The notes below the pieces were generated by a model, which searched no databases, was not told the origin of the DNA, and saw nothing but the letters and a program-made list of their open reading frames with translations. 19,548 nucleotides of DNA from positions 1 to 19,548 of the forward strand of contig JBFRWI010000131.1 in assembly GCA_051439505.1 (NCBI GenBank), given 5' to 3'. Both the position numbers and the translations under genes were made by a program. Each line of letters opens with the position of its first letter. Position 1 is the first letter of the stretch. This document shows positions 16,442-19,548 of this stretch, one piece after another. Source of the DNA: Hormoscilla sp. Lineage in GTDB: Bacteria; Cyanobacteriota; Cyanobacteriia; Cyanobacteriales; Desertifilaceae.

Positions 16442-16545
16442 TAAACAATTCAAAATTCTTACATTCATAATTCAAAATTGGGAAAGCCCTTGAGGGCAAG
16501 GATCTCAGCTTTTTGGCCTATGCAATTTAAAGGCGCGACAGCTTA
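16442..16545 (-). mobile_element. Short dispersed element, copy B (inverted relative to 10013-10160)
   Basis: The reverse complement reads TAAGCTGTCGCGCCTTTAAATTGCAT...CTGAGATCCTTGCCC...TTTCCC...AATTTTGAATTGTTTA, collinear with copy A. Confidence 0.7.
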
Positions 16546-16566
16546 CCATGCTAATTATATCCCATT

Positions 16567-17286
16567 TCAAGGCATCACGTTGACTCTAGCGTGACAAACT
16601 AATAGACCAGGACTGAGGGTTAATTCTTGGATTTCTACTTCTTTTCCTAAGTCAAGAGAGAAACTCTCTCGGTTTGGGACTCTAATGTCTGGTGGCATCT
16701 GGATATTTAGGGGATACAGCAGCAATTCATGATTGCTGGCCAGTTGCACTCCGCTGCGAATCACCATTGGGGCGACATTGCCATTGATGTCTAGCAAGCT
16801 GCCCGTGACGGTAAAGCCACCGGTGGACAGGGTAATCTCGTGCCAGTGCGGGGCGCGGTTGACTATGATTTCACCGGTTATTCTGCTGTCCGATGTCAGT
16901 AGCTGACAGAGTAAGTCGGTTAAGGCCCGTGAGAGCAAACTATCTTCGGACCCTAGGGACCCATTCAAGTCTGCGGACTCTAGCTGTACCCGACCGACTA
17001 CCTGTACCGGTGCTTGCAAGGCCAGGGGTTTTCCCCGCAATATCTGAGCTAGGTTGATGCTAATGCCTTCTGCTGCCAGCTGGAGATGACTCAGATGCAA
17101 TCCTTGATAGACCGCTTTGTCCGCTGATAGGGAGATCCGAGGGATAAGACCGGCAATCAGCAGGCGATCGCCCGCTTCTATATGTACTTGCAACTGTGCC
17201 ACTGACTCTACTTGGGTATGCAACCACAGCTTTACTGCCGGTGATAGCACTCTCTTGAGCATCTGACTTGGGCGCGAACGCACCAT
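16567..17286 (-). CDS. DUF2993 / LmeA-like putative phospholipid-binding protein
   Basis: VLSPAVKLWL..QVESV..LQV.IEAGDR.L..G.IP, AVYQGLHL, INLAQILRGKPL.L and ADLNGSL are typical of this cyanobacterial family. Start is uncertain; ATG 17286 was chosen, and the ORF is open to 17394. Confidence 0.8.
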   Translation of the reverse strand: MVRSRPSQMLKRVLSPAVKLWLHTQVESVAQLQVHIEAGDRLLIAGLIPRISLSADKAVYQGLHLSHLQLAAEGISINLAQILRGKPLALQAPVQVVGRVQLESADLNGSLGSEDSLLSRALTDLLCQLLTSDSRITGEIIVNRAPHWHEITLSTGGFTVTGSLLDINGNVAPMVIRSGVQLASNHELLLYPLNIQMPPDIRVPNRESFSLDLGKEVEIQELTLSPGLLVCHARVNVMP

Positions 17287-17391
17287 TTTTCTCCGATCTA
17301 CCGAGCCCATACTGTCATCAAATCTTAACATTAGTCTTCTCTCCTTGGCCGTTGTGTCATGAAGCCATGACGTAAAGATCCTTAAAAGCCC

Positions 17392-17426
17392 CAAAAATCG
17401 TCAAAAATCGTCAAAAATCGTCAAAA
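17392..17426 (+). repeat. Decamer tandem repeat (CAAAAATCGT) x3.5
   Basis: Perfect copies at 17392, 17402 and 17412, followed by CAAAA. Confidence 0.95.
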
Positions 17427-17699
17427 TAGATATTAGATACCCTTGATATCCAAGAAAAATTGTTGCAATATGTAAAGAGAGCGATCCCGGCGAGCCCAGG
17501 CCATTGAATGGCAAGGTAAGCAAAGCCAGGAAGTCAAAGCAACCGGCAATAATGCTAGCGTCTACTCATGCTAGACGCCAAGCGATCGCGCTCCGGCCTA
17601 GGGCTCGCTCGCACAGCAAGATAAGCTTGGTGGAAATTGTAGAACTTGGAGTGAGGGAGCGATAGGATCGAGCCGGATAAAATACTGGAGATCAGACGA

Positions 17700-18932
17700 A
17701 TGGCAAAAGAACGCCCACCTTTAGAAGAGATGACTTTACGGCAACTGCGCAAGGTTGCTAGTCAATATGGCATCTCTCGCTACAGCAGAATGCGAAAGGA
17801 GCAGCTACTAGCTGCGATTAAGGAAATACAATTGCGTAAGTTTTCAACAAATCAATCTCATTCATTGGAGGCACAAGAAGAAGTGGAAGCAGCAAAATTT
17901 GAACTGGGTCAAGACGATACTGTTGGCGGTCCTCTGTCTTCTGTAGATGAAGGACTAACGGATTTACCTGCGGGTTATGGTGAAAGCCGCATTGTGCTGA
18001 TGCCCCGCGACCCACAATGGGCATACACGTATTGGGATGTGCCTAACGAGCATAAGGAAGAACTGCGGCGTCAAGGGGGACAACAACTGGCTCTGCGTCT
18101 GTACGATGTTACTGATGTTAACCTCGATTATGAAAGCCCCCACAGTATTCAAGAATATCCTTCTGATGAGTTGGCGCGGGAATGGTATTTGCCCATTCCA
18201 GTGAGCGATCGGGCCTATGTAGTAGATATCGGTTACCGCTGTGCTGATGGTCGCTGGCTAGTGTTGGCTCGTTCTGCACCCGTACAGATTCCTCCAGTCT
18301 ATCCTTCTGACTGGATTGAAGATCATTTCATCACTGTGGACTGGGAAGAAGACCTGCGCGGCAAGACTGTATTTGAACTGGTTCCTCCCAGCAAGAAGGT
18401 TGCTGCTGAAGAAAGCAACCCCATCTATGATGAAATCTTCGGCATGGCAGAAGGGGCAGAAGCTCAACGGGTTGCTGGTTCTCTGTTCGGTTCCATGCAG
18501 CACGTTCCTGGTTCGATGGTTCCCTCTCAAGCTGTCAGTTCTTATGTCTTCCCCTCGGGCGTGGGTATGTGGGCAGTTCCGACTGCGTCTGGCTTGAATA
18601 TGTCCGGTGTGGGCATGTCTGGCGCTGGTTTCTCGGCTTCCGCTATCCCCATGCGCCCCCGCAAGTTCTGGTTAATTGCTGATGCGGAATTGATTGTTTA
18701 CGGTGCTACTGAGCCTGATGCTACTGTGACGATCGGGGGACAGCCCATCCAGCTAAATCCCGATGGCACTTTCCGCTTCCAGATGTCCTTCCAGGATGGT
18801 CTGATTGACTACCCAATTATGGCAGTTGCTGCTGATGGGGAGCAAACTCGCTCTATCCACATGAAGTTCAATCGCGAAACTCCTTCTCGCAATACTAACA
18901 CTAAGGAAGAAGCGGTTCTCGAATGGGTCTAA
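17700..18932 (+). CDS. DUF4912 domain protein with an N-terminal Rho-termination-factor-N-like helical domain
   Basis: N-terminal LEEMTLRQLRKVASQYGISRYSRMRKEQL. DUF4912 core LPAGYGESRIVLMPRDPQWAYTYWD. C-terminal FWLIADAELIVYGATEPDA. GGAG Shine-Dalgarno-like motif about 10 nt upstream. Confidence 0.9.
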   Translation: MAKERPPLEEMTLRQLRKVASQYGISRYSRMRKEQLLAAIKEIQLRKFSTNQSHSLEAQEEVEAAKFELGQDDTVGGPLSSVDEGLTDLPAGYGESRIVLMPRDPQWAYTYWDVPNEHKEELRRQGGQQLALRLYDVTDVNLDYESPHSIQEYPSDELAREWYLPIPVSDRAYVVDIGYRCADGRWLVLARSAPVQIPPVYPSDWIEDHFITVDWEEDLRGKTVFELVPPSKKVAAEESNPIYDEIFGMAEGAEAQRVAGSLFGSMQHVPGSMVPSQAVSSYVFPSGVGMWAVPTASGLNMSGVGMSGAGFSASAIPMRPRKFWLIADAELIVYGATEPDATVTIGGQPIQLNPDGTFRFQMSFQDGLIDYPIMAVAADGEQTRSIHMKFNRETPSRNTNTKEEAVLEWV

Positions 18933-18954
18933 ATATATCCCAAATCTCATCCCC

Positions 18955-19046
18955 CCCCCACCCTCAAGGGTGGGGCTATAGATACAAAGTTTCCCCCACC
19001 CTCAAGGGTGGGGCTATAGATACAAAGCCCGCCTGCGCGGGCTTTT
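18955..19046 (+). repeat. Duplicated 35-bp palindromic unit followed by a terminator-like hairpin
   Basis: CCCCCACCCTCAAGGGTGGGGCTATAGATACAAAG is identical at 18955-18989 and 18993-19027. It is followed by AAAGCCCGC-CTGC-GCGGGCTTTT (19024-19046). Confidence 0.9.
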
Positions 19047-19086
19047 GTCGTTATTGGGTTAGAACTCCGATAAAAACGATCGTTCT

Positions 19087-19248
19087 TTGTCTTTGCCAGC
19101 AGGGTGCGTTATTCGTCCCGCTATGAAGAGTGATATCTGGTCGATGAGAAGATTGGTACTGAGTGCTAAACTCGATCCTACTCAATTGCGTTGGCAACAA
19201 TTCTGGGCGATCGCCCGTGATGGTAGGATTATCGCTTGCGGACAGTTA
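19087..19248 (+). pseudogene. N-terminal fragment of a GNAT-family N-acetyltransferase, interrupted by inserted DNA
   Basis: LPAGCVIRPA..SDIWSMRRLVLSAKLDPTQLRWQQFWAI...RIIACGQL resembles the first half of a cyanobacterial GNAT. Similarity stops at 19248, before the acetyl-CoA-binding motif, exactly where the repeated GGGTGTGGTCA begins. Confidence 0.7.
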
Positions 19249-19548
19249 GGGTGTGGTCACGCATTTGTTGATAGTCATTTGTTGCCGATAACTGTAGGGG
19301 CGAAAGCGGGCGGAGCGACAAATGATGACATCACAAGATAGATGTCCTTCCCTCAGGCAACGCCGGGTGTGGTCATAAGTAGTTGCAGCACCGATCCCCC
19401 CCAAACCCCCCCTTGCAAAAGGGGGGGGCGCACCGGTTGCCCCCCTTCTTAAGGCTTACCATTACTCACATAATTCTTGACAATCTTGAAAGCCTTATGG
19501 TGCAATGGTTTCGAGACTCAAGAAAAGCTTGGGGCTTGACTTTTACTG
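19249..19548. mobile_element. Stack of nested insertion-element ends and repeats, running off the window
   Basis: GGGTGTGGTCA at 19249-19259 and 19365-19375. A 12-bp stem at 19274-19285/19315-19326. C/G-run palindromic repeat at 19391-19454, cut by unrelated sequence from about 19455. No transposase is visible in the window. Confidence 0.55.

Larger units (their letters stand above)
193..19214. repeat. HIP1 (GCGATCGC) dispersed octamer
   Basis: Perfect copies counted by eye at 193, 1379, 3007, 3072, 3139, 3833, 7806, 7864, 8176, 8773, 9434, 12399, 13874, 14707, 15283, 17164, 17582 and 19207. Fewer than one is expected by chance. Confidence 0.95.

Noticed and set aside
10013..16545. Active composite transposon carrying ychF to cdsA
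   Set aside because: There is no transposase, the flanks outside the termini show no convincing target duplication, the element interiors are diverged, and the cargo is housekeeping.
658..18950. Short antisense or alternate-frame ORFs inside the long genes (e.g. 658-996, 4124-4429, 11267-11575, 15027-15422)
   Set aside because: They overlap well-supported genes and have no recognisable motifs, so they are treated as shadow ORFs.
18955..19027. Possible mini CRISPR array (35-bp palindromic direct repeats)
   Set aside because: Only two copies with a 3-nt gap, so there is no spacer, and no cas genes are present.
18923..19126. 67-aa ORF
   Set aside because: It is a translation of the duplicated palindromic repeat.
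19455..19548. Transposase coding fragment at the window edge
   Set aside because: Short open frames exist on both strands, but they are too short to show any transposase motif.

Overview
Cyanobacterial chromosomal window: at least 18 perfect HIP1 octamers (GCGATCGC) plus heptamer tandem repeats suggest a filamentous lineage. The left half (1-9886) is a signal-transduction cluster: the 3' end of a histidine kinase, a 1772-aa Ser/Thr kinase-AAA-GAF-His kinase hybrid, a receiver-His kinase, and a convergent membrane CHASE-His kinase. The right half is mostly housekeeping (ychF, an Orn/Lys/Arg decarboxylase, cbiT, cdsA, a DUF2993-like gene, a DUF4912/Rho_N gene). It also holds two accessory-looking genes (an orphan ~190-aa protein and a DUF4058 nuclease-like protein) and a GNAT acetyltransferase broken by insertions at the right edge. 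No transposase, reverse transcriptase, cas gene, rRNA or tRNA was recognised. The most unusual signals are small DNA elements. The DUF4058 gene is bracketed by two inward-facing GTAG-hairpin (REP-like) motifs. A 123-bp MITE has perfect TIRs and a flanking direct repeat. Two inverted copies of a TAAGCTGTCGCGC element each sit next to an accessory gene. One spacer is a nested repeat mosaic whose uninterrupted form occurs elsewhere in the window. Two kinase genes share a sharply bounded 100-bp tract that extends past their stop codons. Family assignments come from motif recognition, not database searches.
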